Shown piece after piece: positions 27,257 to 39,549 of a stretch of DNA of 64,000 nucleotides. Numbering within the stretch: the stretch's first letter is position 1; the number at the start of each line of letters is the position of its first letter. The DNA is from Candidatus Hydrogenedentales bacterium (GTDB taxonomy: Bacteria > Hydrogenedentota > Hydrogenedentia > Hydrogenedentales > GCA-2746185): the NCBI GenBank assembly GCA_038916785.1, contig JBCLBO010000006.1:2932-66931 (forward strand), in the 5' to 3' direction. The notes under the pieces are model-generated. The model was not told the origin of the DNA. It did not search any database and was given only the letters and a program-made list of their open reading frames with translations. A program made the position numbers and the translations under genes.

Positions 27257-27337
27257 ATACGGATTCCGTCTCGCGCCTCGCCGGGACCGGAGGAGAGCTC
27301 CGCGTGCCGACCGTTGCCACTCCGGCCCGCCGCCTTC

Positions 27338-28150
27338 TCAGCGCGCAACGGTAACGCGTAAGAAGGTCGCGGGAATCGAGGTGGCATCTTTGCTGGGGCC
27401 CTTGTTTTGGCTGTTGAACAGCGCTTCCAACTCCTTGGCCAACTCAGCGGTCCGGCCGTTTTTTTCCGCCGCTTCGAATGCATTCATGGTTGGCCCGTAG
27501 TATGTTCTGAATGCCGCCAGGAGCTCCGATGGCGCGCCGGGATAGTTGAAGGTATACGTGTCTCTGACGAAGGATATCTTCTCTTTTGGAATCCCCGCGC
27601 CTGCGAAACGCTCGATCACGTTGCCCTCGATCCCCCACGTCATAGGGCTGATGAAGCCTTCCGGCGGTGGCGGCGAGTATGCGGAGCTGATTTTCAGAAT
27701 TTGCGCCACCAATGTCGGATCATTGGGAATCCAGTTCCCCATGACGATCCGGCCGCCGGGCCGGGTCACGCGCACCATCTCCTTGGCCACCTCAAAGGGC
27801 TTTGGCGCGAACATGGCTCCAAAGATGCTCACGACGAGGTCAAAACTATGATCTTTCAGCTCGTGTAAATTGGACGCATCGCCTTCCTGAAACGTGCAGT
27901 TCGTGAGGCCTTGCTCCTTTGCACGCTTGTTGCCGGCGTCAACCAGGTTCCTCGCGATATCGACGCCCAACACGTCGGCTCCTAGTCTTGCCTCTGGCAA
28001 TGCCGTCGTGCCGTCGCCGCACCCGAGATCCAGGACTTTGAGTCCTTTCGTGATTCCGAGTCCCTTGACGAGGGCCTCTCCGCTCTCTCTCATACTGTGC
28101 GCAATGCGGGTAAAGTCGCCTTTTTCCCAGAGTGCTTTGTTCGGATTCAT
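27338..28150 (-). CDS. Class I SAM-dependent methyltransferase
   Basis: VLDLGCGDG, GVDIA, EGDA, FDLVVSIFGAMFAP, RVTRPGG. Confidence 0.9.
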   Translation of the reverse strand: MNPNKALWEKGDFTRIAHSMRESGEALVKGLGITKGLKVLDLGCGDGTTALPEARLGADVLGVDIARNLVDAGNKRAKEQGLTNCTFQEGDASNLHELKDHSFDLVVSIFGAMFAPKPFEVAKEMVRVTRPGGRIVMGNWIPNDPTLVAQILKISSAYSPPPPEGFISPMTWGIEGNVIERFAGAGIPKEKISFVRDTYTFNYPGAPSELLAAFRTYYGPTMNAFEAAEKNGRTAELAKELEALFNSQNKGPSKDATSIPATFLRVTVAR

Positions 28151-28392
28151 TGGAGCGCGCCCTCTCCTTCAGTTAAGGCTTTAGTTTTGGGGGATTGTAA
28201 GACTTTTCGAGGTGAAGTCCAAACCCTTCGCCGTCGCGCGGCCGGGGGTCACCAAGGCTTGATCGGCAGCGGAGCGGTCAACTTTGCACCGTACTTTTCC
28301 AGCTTGATGGCCTCGCCGAAATGGCCTAGAATCATGGCTGGGCGGGTAGTGGCGGCGCCGGGGCGGGCGGCTGTCGAACGGAGGCGCGCGGC

Positions 28393-29762
<1,370 letters not shown>

Positions 29763-29766
<4 letters not shown>

Positions 29767-32204
29767 AGTTCCAGGCCGTCGCTGGAGCGATCGCCGCGCT
29801 GATCGCCGCGGGCCCAGCCTCGGTGGCGGCAGGTTCGGACCTTGCGCTTGTGCCCGACTCGATCGCGCTTGCGTACGCGGGGGCCTTTCACGGATTGGTC
29901 GTCGAAGAGGCGGACGGCAGCCGCTACATCGGCGACGTCACGGCGCAGGCGAGTTTTGTTTCGTCCGATCCTCTGGTGGCCACGGTGGATGCGGCGGGCG
30001 GCGTGCGCGCGGTGGGGAACGGCGAGGCGACGATCTCGGCGACGATCGACGGGCGGACGGCCGCGGCGACGGTTCGCGTGTCGGGCGCGGACTTGCCCTT
30101 CGAGCGAAGTTTCCGGAACCATGTTCAGCCGGTGCTCTACAAAATGGGGTGCAACACCGGCGCGTGCCACGGGGCGGCGGCGGGGAAGAACGGATTCAAG
30201 CTTTCGCTGCGCGGCTACGACTTCGATTGGGACCACAAGACGCTGACTCGGCAGGCGAACGCGCGGCGGGTGTCGCTGGCGGAGCCGGAGCAGAGCCTGA
30301 TGCTGCTCAAGCCGACGATGGCGATTCCGCACGAAGGCGGGCTGCGCTTTGAGAAAGACTCGGAGCCGTACCGGATATTGCTCGAGTGGATCCGCGCGGG
30401 CGCGCCGGTCGCGCGCGAGAGCGATGCGCGGGTCGAGCGGATCGAGACGCTGCCTAAACTGATCACGCTGACGAAGGGCGCCACGCAGCAGGTGCTCGTG
30501 CGCGCGCACTACAGCGACGGGCGTTACGAAGACGTGACGCGCTGGGCGAAATTCGATACGACGGACGAGTCGGTCGCTACGGTCGATGGGCTGGGCAAGG
30601 TGGTGGTGCAGGGCCCGGGCGCGGCGTCGATTTCGGTGTGGTACTCGAGCCGGGTGGCTTCGTCGGAGTTGATGGTGCCGCGGGACGCGCCGGTACCGGC
30701 GGATATCTTTGCCGCGGCGCCGCGGAACAATTTCATCGACGACCTCGTGCTCAAACAACTACACGCGCTGCGGATTGCGCCGGCGGCCGGCGCTACGGAC
30801 GGGCAGTTCGTGCGCCGGGCGTATCTGGACGCGATCGGCGTGTTGCCGTCGGTGGAGGAGACGCGGTCGTTTTTGGCGGAGGGCGCGGCGGATAAGCGGG
30901 AAAAGCTGATCGACGCGCTGCTCGAACGGCCGGAATTCGTCGATTATTGGACCTACCAATGGTCCGATTTGCTGCTGCTATCGTCGCGGAACCTGCCGGG
31001 ATCGGCGCTTGGTTCGTTCTACCGCTTCATCCGGCAGAACGTCGAGGCGAACACGCCGTGGGACAAGTTCACCACGCAGATATTGACGGCGAAAGGCAAT
31101 ACGGAGAACGACGGCGCGGCGAATTATTTTGCGATGCACCAAGAGACGACGGACCTGACGGAGACGACCTCGCAGACTTTTCTTGGGATGTCGATCACCT
31201 GCGCGCGCTGCCACAACCATCCGCTCGAGAAATGGACGCAAGACGACTACTTCGGGATGGCGAACCTGTTTGCGCGCGTGAAGATGAAGGCCTCGGCGCA
31301 GGGCGGCATCGATGTGATTCCCGCGCAATTTGGCGAGGTGGTGCATCCGCGGCTGGGCCGCGCGGTTCCGCCGAGGCCGCTCGACGGTGTGGCGCTCGCG
31401 GCGGACTTCGCCGGGGACCGGCGCGCGGAGCTGGCGCGCTGGATGACCTCGCCGGAGAACCCGTATTTTACGCGCGCGCTGGTGAATCGCGTGTGGAAGA
31501 ATTTCATGGGCCGGGGGCTGGTGGAGCCGGTGGACGATTTACGTCTGTCGAACCCGGCGTCGAATCCGGAGTTGATGGAGGCGCTGTCGGCGGACGTGGT
31601 GGATCACGGGTACGACGTGAAGCAGCTCATTCGCACGATCATGCGGTCGGCGGCGTATCAGCGGTCGTCCGCGCCGAGCGACCCGGAGCAGCCGGACGGG
31701 AAATATTATTCGCAATACGTCATGCACCGCTTGAGCGCGGAGGTGATCCTGGACGGGTACTCGCAGGTGACCGGGGTGCCGACGGAATTCTCCGGGTACC
31801 CGGCGGGGTATCGGGCGCTTCAATTGCCGGATTCGCAGGTGGGCTCGTATTTCCTGACGGCATTCGGACGGCCGCAGCGTCAGCAGACGTGCTCCTGCGA
31901 GCGGACGGAAGCGTCCAACATCGCACAGGCGCTGCACGTGGCCAATGGCGACACGCTGAACGGGAAATTGCGCGCGGAGAATTCGAGCCTGGCGAAATAC
32001 GTGGCTGACGGCGCGACGGACGAGGCGGTCCTCGACGACCTGTATCTGCGCGCGCTGTCGCGTCCGCCGGGCGTGACCGAGCGCAACGGCGCGCTGGCCG
32101 CGCTGGGCGAGGCGGCGACGGAAGGGCCGGAATCGCGGCGGGAGGCCTTCGAGGATCTGGCGTGGGCGGTGCTGTCGAGCAAGGAATTTTTGTTTAACCA
32201 CTGA
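29763..32204 (+). CDS. DUF1549/DUF1553 protein with Ig-like (Big_2) domains
   Basis: GCNTGACHG; NNFIDDLV; FVRRAYLD; CARCHNHP; NRVW..FMGRG; EFLFNH end; GTGA overlap. Confidence 0.88.
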
Positions 32205-32276
32205 GGGCCTCCGGCAGGAGGAAACAGCGGGTAAGGCGGGTCATGGCCCGCCCGACAACGAGTGTCGATCGGAATC

Positions 32277-35200
32277 ATGAATCGTGTTTCGATGATAGGG
32301 AGCTTCGTGATCGCCGCCGGCCTGATCACGGGCGCGGCGGCCGGGGCCGAGCCGCTGGTGTTTGAGAAGGACGTTTTTCCGATCTTTCAGAAGCGCTGCG
32401 CGGGGTGTCACTTTCCGGATGCGGAACAACTGAAGGCCGAGCTCAATCTTTCGACGGGCGCGACGGCGCTGGCGGGCGGCAAGAGCGGGCCGAGCATCGT
32501 GCCGGGATCGAGCGCGACGAGTCCGATGATACTGAGCTTGCACGGCTCTCGCGATCCGGTAATGCCTCCTCCGGAGAAATTCGATGAATTGCCGGCGGAG
32601 GAAATCGCGATCATTGCGCGTTGGATCGACGACGGTGCCGGATTTGACGAATCTATCGTGCCCGTGCGCGCCGCGGTTTCGCCGGCGCCTGTGGGCGGTG
32701 CGGCGCCTGTGCGTCCTGCGGCGATCACCTCTTCGGCGTGGACCGCGGGAACTGAGCCGGGCCGGGTGCTTCTTGCGCAGGGCGGCCTGCGGACGGTGCA
32801 GTTGATTTCGCTCGACGCGCAGACGGGCCGGGGTGAGTCCGCGGCGTTGCTCGAAGGCCACGCCGACATGGTGCGCGCGCTCGCCTTTTCGCCCGACGGG
32901 GCGTTTCTCGCCGCGGGCGGCGGACCTGCGTCGCGGCAGGGCGAGGTGGTGCTGTGGCGCGTGGCGGATCGATCGCGCGCGTGGATCAAGAGCGCGCACA
33001 AGGACGCCGTGCTCGACGTCGCGTTCAGCCCGGACGGAACACTGCTTGCTACGTCGAGTTATGACAAGACAATAGTGATATGGAACTCCGAGACCGGCGA
33101 GCCGATTCGCACGCTGAGCAATCACGTCGACGCGGTTTTCGCGATCGCGTTCAGCCCCGACGGCGCGCTGATCGCGTCCGGCGGCGGCGACCGTATGGTG
33201 AAAATCTGGGATGCGAAGACGGGTGGGTTGCTGACGACGATCTCGGACTCGAAGGACGCGGTGATGGCGCTGGTCTTCGCGCCGAACGGGACGCGCCTGG
33301 CGGCGGCGGGCGCGGACAAGATCATCCGGGTGTGGGAGATGGGCGCGGCGCGGTTCGACCAGACTGCGGTGTCGATGGGCAAGCTGCTGCGATCGAGTTT
33401 CGCTCACAACGGCGCGGTGCTGGCGTTGTGCTATTCGCCGGACAGCGCGACCCTGTATTCGACCGGCGAGGACCGCGTGATTAAGGCGTGGGACGCGGAG
33501 TTACTCACGGAGAAGAAGACCTTCGAGCCGCAGTCTGATTGGGTGTCTGCGATGGCGCTGAGTCCCGATGGCCGCTTGCTTGCCGCCGGCCGTTTCGACG
33601 CGACGGAGACTATATATGCGGCCGATACCGGCGAAGCGCTGTCGGGAAACAATCCGGTCTCGGTCGCCAAGGCGGCCGCGCCCGAGGCGGAGACCGGGCG
33701 CAAGAAGGTGACTAGTCTGTCCGTGGATCCGGTGATTATCGAAGCGACCGTGCCGCCTTCCATCGGGGGCCTGAACCCCTCGCGGCTGCATCGGGGCGGC
33801 GAAATCGAGATCGAGATCGATGCCAAGAATCTTGACGGCGCGGCGCCGGTGGTGACGCATCCTGGAATTACGGCGACCGTGATCGCGAACGAGGCGATGC
33901 CGCCGCCTGACATCACGCTGGCGGCGGTGCGCGGAACGGACGCGGACATTTTCGACAACGCGCGGCCTTACAAGGTGAAGATCAAACTTTCGGTGCCGCA
34001 GGACGCGGCGACCGGGTACTACGAATTGATGTTCCGCACGGCGACCGGGCTGACTAACGCGCAGGGGTTCACGGTGATCGTGGCGCCGGACCTTGTCGAG
34101 GCCGAGCCGAACGACGCGGCGGACCAGGCGCAGTCGATCGAGTGGCCTGCGGTCGTGTCGGGGCAGATCGTGCAGCCCGGCGACGTGGATCGGTATCGAT
34201 TCGCGGCGCGCGCGGGCCAGGAGATCGTATTCGCGATCACCGACAGCGAGATCAACGCCGCAATGCGGTTGCTCGACGCAAGCGGCCAGGCGGTCGCGGG
34301 GCCGATCGCAGGCGGGGGCGAAGACGCGAAGCGGTTCGGGTATCGTGTGGCCGCGGACGGCGACTACGTGCTCGAGTTGAGCGACAAGGACCTTCGGGGC
34401 GGCCTGGGGTATCGGCTGCACGCGGGTGCGTATCCCTATGTAACGCGCGTGTGGCCGCTCGGCGTGCGTGCGGGGGCGCTGGCCAAGGTCGAGGTGGATG
34501 GGTTCAACCTGGGCGTGGCGCCTGGTCTGATTGACGTGACGCCGCCTGCGACCGCGACGCACGAGACGACGCTGGGACTGCCGATTGCGGGCGTGGAGGG
34601 CAGTCCGATCGCGATTCCGTCGATCGCCGTGGCGGCGTATGACGAGGCGATGGAAGTCGAGCCGAACGACTCGCCGGAACAGGCGCAGATCGTCGGGTTT
34701 CCGTTCACCGTCAACGGGCGCATCCAGCCGGCCGGGGGAGCGGTCCAGGACAGCGACGTATTCCGCTTCACGGCCACGCAAGGGCAGACGGTCCTCATCG
34801 AGACGATGGCCGCCCGGTTGGGTTCGCCGGTGGACTCGGTCGTCGAGGTGCTGGGCGCGGACGGCGCGGTATTGGCGCGCGGCGTGATCCGGTGTGTGGC
34901 GGAGACCTTCGTGACGCTGGCGAACCGGGATTCTAAATCCAGCGGCATCCGGCTGGATAGTTGGCGCGATCTGGCGATTGGCGACCATGTGATGATTGGC
35001 TCCGAGATCATCCAGGTCGATGCGCTGCCCGACTACGGCGACGAGGACGTGGGATTCAAGGCGTACCCGAGCGGGCAGCGATACGGCGTGTTCGGGACCA
35101 CGCCCGAATACCACTCGGTGAACCAGAAGGCGTTTAAGGTGGAGGTGTTGCCGCCGGACGCGTCGCCGGCGGCGAACGGGATGCCGGTGTTCCCCTTGAT

Positions 35201-36047
35201 GTGGACGAACGACGACGGCTTTTTCGGCGAGGGCACGGCGGAGGGCGATTCGTTCCTGGAGTTCACCGCGCCGGCCGACGGCGAGTATTGTGTGCGCGTG
35301 CGCGACGCGCTGGGCGACGGGGGCGAGCGCTACGCGTATCGGCTGATGTTGCGGGCGTACGAGCCGGACTTCGACGTGGTGATGTCGCCGTACCGCGTGA
35401 ATATTTCGCGCGGCAGCCGCCGGCCGATTGAAGTCCGGGTGCGGCGCAAGGACGGATTTGACGCGCCGGTGGCGGTCGCGCTGCAAGGCCTGCCGCAGGG
35501 ATTCACGGCGGCGCCCGGCGTGATACTGGGCGACGACGATACCGTGAGGCTCGCGTTGGTCGCCGGGCCGGACGCGCAATCGACCGGCATGGACGCGACG
35601 TTCGTGATCACGGCGGAGGCGGAGTTGAACGGCCAGGCCGCGGTGCGCGAGACGCGGCTGGGCCCGATTACGGTGAGCGAAGTGCCGGCCGACCTCAGCG
35701 TGTATAACGGCGAAGAGCGGCTCGCGATCGCTCCGGGGCAGTCCGGCTGGATCTCCGTGAAGCTCGGCCGTGCGAACGGGTTCAACAGCCGCGTGCCGAT
35801 AGACGTGCTCAATCTGCCGTTTGGCGTGCGCGTGATGGACACGGGGCTGAACGGCATTCTCGTGCGGGACGGCGAGTTCGACCGCAAGATGGAGATTTTC
35901 GTCGAGCCTTGGGTACAGCCGATGACGCGGGACATTTATGTCCAGGCGCGCATCGAGACGGTGTCGTCGGCGCAGCCGGTGTTCATCGGCGAGTCGATCG
36001 AACTGAGCATCGCGCCGCAGCCGGCGAAGATCGCGGGGAAGCCGTAG
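32277..36047 (+). CDS. Planctomycete cytochrome c domain + WD40 repeats + PPC/Ig-like domains
   Basis: KRCAGCH; MPP; repeated GH....AFSPDG...ASG..D..V.IW; E[AV]EPND motifs; DSDVFRF; YCVRVRD. Confidence 0.82.
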   Translation: MNRVSMIGSFVIAAGLITGAAAGAEPLVFEKDVFPIFQKRCAGCHFPDAEQLKAELNLSTGATALAGGKSGPSIVPGSSATSPMILSLHGSRDPVMPPPEKFDELPAEEIAIIARWIDDGAGFDESIVPVRAAVSPAPVGGAAPVRPAAITSSAWTAGTEPGRVLLAQGGLRTVQLISLDAQTGRGESAALLEGHADMVRALAFSPDGAFLAAGGGPASRQGEVVLWRVADRSRAWIKSAHKDAVLDVAFSPDGTLLATSSYDKTIVIWNSETGEPIRTLSNHVDAVFAIAFSPDGALIASGGGDRMVKIWDAKTGGLLTTISDSKDAVMALVFAPNGTRLAAAGADKIIRVWEMGAARFDQTAVSMGKLLRSSFAHNGAVLALCYSPDSATLYSTGEDRVIKAWDAELLTEKKTFEPQSDWVSAMALSPDGRLLAAGRFDATETIYAADTGEALSGNNPVSVAKAAAPEAETGRKKVTSLSVDPVIIEATVPPSIGGLNPSRLHRGGEIEIEIDAKNLDGAAPVVTHPGITATVIANEAMPPPDITLAAVRGTDADIFDNARPYKVKIKLSVPQDAATGYYELMFRTATGLTNAQGFTVIVAPDLVEAEPNDAADQAQSIEWPAVVSGQIVQPGDVDRYRFAARAGQEIVFAITDSEINAAMRLLDASGQAVAGPIAGGGEDAKRFGYRVAADGDYVLELSDKDLRGGLGYRLHAGAYPYVTRVWPLGVRAGALAKVEVDGFNLGVAPGLIDVTPPATATHETTLGLPIAGVEGSPIAIPSIAVAAYDEAMEVEPNDSPEQAQIVGFPFTVNGRIQPAGGAVQDSDVFRFTATQGQTVLIETMAARLGSPVDSVVEVLGADGAVLARGVIRCVAETFVTLANRDSKSSGIRLDSWRDLAIGDHVMIGSEIIQVDALPDYGDEDVGFKAYPSGQRYGVFGTTPEYHSVNQKAFKVEVLPPDASPAANGMPVFPLMWTNDDGFFGEGTAEGDSFLEFTAPADGEYCVRVRDALGDGGERYAYRLMLRAYEPDFDVVMSPYRVNISRGSRRPIEVRVRRKDGFDAPVAVALQGLPQGFTAAPGVILGDDDTVRLALVAGPDAQSTGMDATFVITAEAELNGQAAVRETRLGPITVSEVPADLSVYNGEERLAIAPGQSGWISVKLGRANGFNSRVPIDVLNLPFGVRVMDTGLNGILVRDGEFDRKMEIFVEPWVQPMTRDIYVQARIETVSSAQPVFIGESIELSIAPQPAKIAGKP

Positions 36048-36090
36048 GCGGTTGCGGGCTTAGGGTTTGTCTTGCTGGGTTTCGTGCTGG

Positions 36091-36128
36091 CCGACGGGGA
36101 GATTCTTCGCTCCGCTCAGAATGACAAA
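36091..36128 (-). repeat. 38-bp palindromic element (TTTGTCATTCTGAGCGGAGCGAAGAATCTCCCCGTCGG)
   Basis: 37/38 identical to 53036-53073 (opposite strand). Confidence 0.85.
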
Positions 36129-36334
36129 GTGTAGCCGTCGGCCAACGCGGCGAAGGCCCGGACGATTTCGGAGGGTACGGGTGCGATCATGCACTCGAGC
36201 GCCATCATCAGGACCAGGCCGGGGTAGCCCAGCGTGGACATGACGGAAGTAATCCAATGCGCGATGTGTTCGACCAAAGCAACCTCCGGGCGCTCGTCAG
36301 CAGGCATAGCGAGAAACGCGCAGGAGAGTGGCAC
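36116..36334 (-). pseudogene. DedA family N-terminal fragment
   Basis: ITSVMSTLGYPGLVLMMALECMIAPVPSE matches a DedA start, then decays and stops inside the 38-bp element. Confidence 0.7.
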
Positions 36335-36420
36335 TTCGGGCGCGCCCGGGCAAACCGCGAGACGTTGGGCCAGTGTCGGATATACTAGGTGCCCTTCAGG
36401 TTTTCTCGGAGACGTTGCGC

Positions 36421-39400
36421 ATGAATCGGTCGGGAGCCGCCGGGTATCTGCTGTGGGCCGCGTGCGCCCTGTGCGCGCCGGCGTTGCCTGCGGCCTACGC
36501 GGCGGGGGCGGGGCAGACGGTGGAGTTCAACCGGGACATCCGGCCGATCCTTTCGGACAACTGCTTTAAGTGCCACGGGCCGGACAAGCAGCGCTCGGGG
36601 TTGCGGCTGGACGTGGCCGATGTGCCCGTCGAGAAGAAGGCCATCGTCCCCGGGGAGCCGGAGAACAGCAACCTCATCAAGCGGGTGACGTCGAGCGATC
36701 CGGAGTTTCATATGCCGCCCCCGGATATTACGCCGCGACCCACGCCGGAACAGATCGAGACACTGCGGGCGTGGATTGCACAGGGCGCGAAGTACGAGCG
36801 GCACTGGGCCTTCAGTTCCGTGCCGCCGGCAGAGACGCCGGGCGTGGAGGACGGCGCGGGTTGGGTCCGCAATCCGATTGACGCGTTTGTACTGCGGCGT
36901 TTGCAGGCGGAAGGACTGGCGCCGCAACGTGAGGCGCCGCGCGAGCAGTTGCTGCGGCGCGTGACGCTCGACCTCACGGGACTTCCGCCATCGCTCGAGG
37001 AGATGACGGCAATTTCCGGCGACCGCTCGCGCGAGGCCTACGAGCGCGCGGTGGATCGGCTGCTGGCGTCGCCGGGTTACGGCGAGCACATGGCGTCGGG
37101 CTGGCTGGACCTCGCGCGCTACGCCGACACCTTCGGCTACCAGGACGACAAACCAAACAATGTCTGGCCGTGGCGCGATTGGGTGATCCGCGCGTTTAAC
37201 GAAAACCTCCCGTACTCCGAGTTTGTGCGTTGGCAACTCGCCGGCGATCTGCTGCCGTCGCCGACGCAGGACCAGGTGCTGGCCACGGCGTTCAACCGCC
37301 TGCACCGTCAGACGAACGAGGGCGGGAGCATCAACGAGGAGTTCCTCGCGGAGTATGCCGCGGACCGCGTGAAGACTTTTGGCATGGCGTTTCTGGGGCT
37401 GACGGTTGAGTGCGCGCGGTGCCACGACCACAAGTTCGATCCGATCTCGCAGCGCGACTACTACTCGCTGACGGCGTTCTTCAACAACATAGACGAGTCG
37501 GGCATGTACTCGTTCTTCACGGATGTGACGGCGACGCCCGGCATGTTTCTCTACGCCCCCGGACAAGCGGAGGAGCATGCTCGCCTCAAGGAGGCGGTGC
37601 GGAAAGCCGAAGCGCGTGCTGCGCGCGTGCGCACGGAGGCGATCGCGCGGTACGGCAGCGCGGGGCAGGCGTCGAGCGCGATCGCGGCGCCCCGCGCCGT
37701 GGCGCATCTGGGACTCGAGTCGATAACTGAGAATAAGACTCCGAACGACGTTTCGCCTGAAACGCCGGCGTCGGTGAGCGGCGATGTGGTGCTCGTAACG
37801 GGGCGGAAGGGCATGGCCGCACGCTTCTCCGGCGAGAACTCGATCGCGATTGCCGAGAAGGTCGATTTTGAGCGGACGGATCCGTTTTCGATCGCGGTGT
37901 GGATTCGGCCCGGGGCGGGCACGGAGCGGATGGTGGTGCTTCATCACTCGGCCGCGTCGATGGACGCCGCGAGCCGCGGTTACGAGTTGATGCTCGATTC
38001 CGGAGCGGTGGTCTTCGGACTGAATCACTTCTGGCCCGGAAACGCTGTGCGCGTGCGGACGGCCGAGACTGTGCCCGCGAATGATTGGACGCATGTCGCG
38101 GTGAGCTACGACGGGTCGAGCCGGGCCAGCGGGGTCCAGGTGTACATCAATGGCCGGGCCGCGCCGGTCGAGGTGATTCGCGACAATTTGTTCCAGACGA
38201 TCCGCTACGAGCGGGGCGGCCCGTATTCATTGCAGATCGCCGCGCGGTTCCGCGATCCCGGATTCAAGGACGGCGCGGTGGACGAACTCGGCGTGTTTGA
38301 CGTTTGCCTGACGGCGTCCGAAGTCGCTGCGGTATACGCGGATAGCGAATCCGGCCTAGAGACATCCGGCGATCCTCTGGAGCACTACCTGCATCGGGCG
38401 GACGCTCCCTACATGCAGGCGCTTGCGGAGTTGCGCGCGGCGCGCGAGGCCGAGGCGAAGTTCACCGATTCGCTCCAGGAAATCATGGCGATGCAGGACA
38501 TGGCCAAAGCGCCGTCGGCGCGTGTGCTCGCGCGCGGCGCCTACGACGCGCCGCGCGACGAGGTCGGGCCTGACACGCCGGCGGGCATTTTGGCGTATCC
38601 GGCGGACTCTCCGCGCAACCGGCTGGGGCTGGCGGACTGGCTCCTGCGGCGGGACAACCCGCTGACGGCGCGCGTCGAGGTCAATCGCGTGTGGAAACAA
38701 TTCTTCGGGCGCGGGATCGTGCCGACGCTCGAGGACTTCGGCAGCCAGGGGAGTCTGCCCGCGGACCAGGACCTGCTTGACTATCTGGCGGCGTGGTTTA
38801 TAGACAACGGCTGGGACGTGAAGGCGTTGTGCCGGCTGATTGTTACATCGGCGGTGTATCGTCAGTCCTCGACGCCGGCGCCGGACCTGGTGACGCGCGA
38901 TCCGGAGAACGTGCTGCTTGCGCGCGGGCCGCGGGCGCGGCTGACGGCGGAGGGGGTGCGCGACGCGGCGCTGGCCGCCAGCGGGCTACTCGTGCGCACG
39001 GTGGGCGGGCCGAGCGTGAAGCCGTATCAGCCGGGAGATTTGTGGAAGGACGCGAGCCAGATTTCGTATCAACAAGATTCCGGTGAGGGACTGTACCGGC
39101 GCAGCCTGTATACGTATCTGAAACGGACTGTGCCGCCGCCGATGATGATGACCTTTGACGCGGCGGACCGCGAGACCTGCGTGGCCCGGCGCGAGACGAC
39201 CACTACGCCGCTGCAGGCGCTCGTGCTGCTGAACGACGAGCAGTTTGTCGAGGCGTCGCGCGTATTGGCCGAGGGCGTGATGGCGGAGCACCGCCGGGAG
39301 AAGGGGGCCCTGGTCGAGGCTTTCCAGCGGCTGATCGGGCGCGAGCCGAAGGATCGCGAGTTGGAGATTCTGCGCACCGCGTATGCCGAGCAGCGGGAGA

Positions 39401-39549
39401 TATTCGCGGCGAGCCCCAAAGACGCCGAAGCATACACGGAGACCGGTGAGCGGCCGGTCGCGGACACGATGGATCGAGTCGATCTCGCCGCGATGACGGC
39501 GGTGGTCCAGCTGATCATGAACTACGACGAGTTCCAGGTGAAATCATGA
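36421..39549 (+). CDS. PSD1 / planctomycete cytochrome c + DUF1549 + LamG-like + DUF1553 protein
   Basis: VEFNRDIRPILSDNCFKCHG; HWAF; YGEHMA..WLDLARYADT; CARCHDHK; WTHVAVSYDGS; RRSLY; TPLQAL. Confidence 0.9.
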   Translation: MNRSGAAGYLLWAACALCAPALPAAYAAGAGQTVEFNRDIRPILSDNCFKCHGPDKQRSGLRLDVADVPVEKKAIVPGEPENSNLIKRVTSSDPEFHMPPPDITPRPTPEQIETLRAWIAQGAKYERHWAFSSVPPAETPGVEDGAGWVRNPIDAFVLRRLQAEGLAPQREAPREQLLRRVTLDLTGLPPSLEEMTAISGDRSREAYERAVDRLLASPGYGEHMASGWLDLARYADTFGYQDDKPNNVWPWRDWVIRAFNENLPYSEFVRWQLAGDLLPSPTQDQVLATAFNRLHRQTNEGGSINEEFLAEYAADRVKTFGMAFLGLTVECARCHDHKFDPISQRDYYSLTAFFNNIDESGMYSFFTDVTATPGMFLYAPGQAEEHARLKEAVRKAEARAARVRTEAIARYGSAGQASSAIAAPRAVAHLGLESITENKTPNDVSPETPASVSGDVVLVTGRKGMAARFSGENSIAIAEKVDFERTDPFSIAVWIRPGAGTERMVVLHHSAASMDAASRGYELMLDSGAVVFGLNHFWPGNAVRVRTAETVPANDWTHVAVSYDGSSRASGVQVYINGRAAPVEVIRDNLFQTIRYERGGPYSLQIAARFRDPGFKDGAVDELGVFDVCLTASEVAAVYADSESGLETSGDPLEHYLHRADAPYMQALAELRAAREAEAKFTDSLQEIMAMQDMAKAPSARVLARGAYDAPRDEVGPDTPAGILAYPADSPRNRLGLADWLLRRDNPLTARVEVNRVWKQFFGRGIVPTLEDFGSQGSLPADQDLLDYLAAWFIDNGWDVKALCRLIVTSAVYRQSSTPAPDLVTRDPENVLLARGPRARLTAEGVRDAALAASGLLVRTVGGPSVKPYQPGDLWKDASQISYQQDSGEGLYRRSLYTYLKRTVPPPMMMTFDAADRETCVARRETTTTPLQALVLLNDEQFVEASRVLAEGVMAEHRREKGALVEAFQRLIGREPKDRELEILRTAYAEQREIFAASPKDAEAYTETGERPVADTMDRVDLAAMTAVVQLIMNYDEFQVKS

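Noticed and set aside
24289-28392. attR duplication of the tRNA-Val 3' end or a prophage
   Set aside because: No repeat of the tRNA 3' end seen by eye, and no integrase or phage genes.
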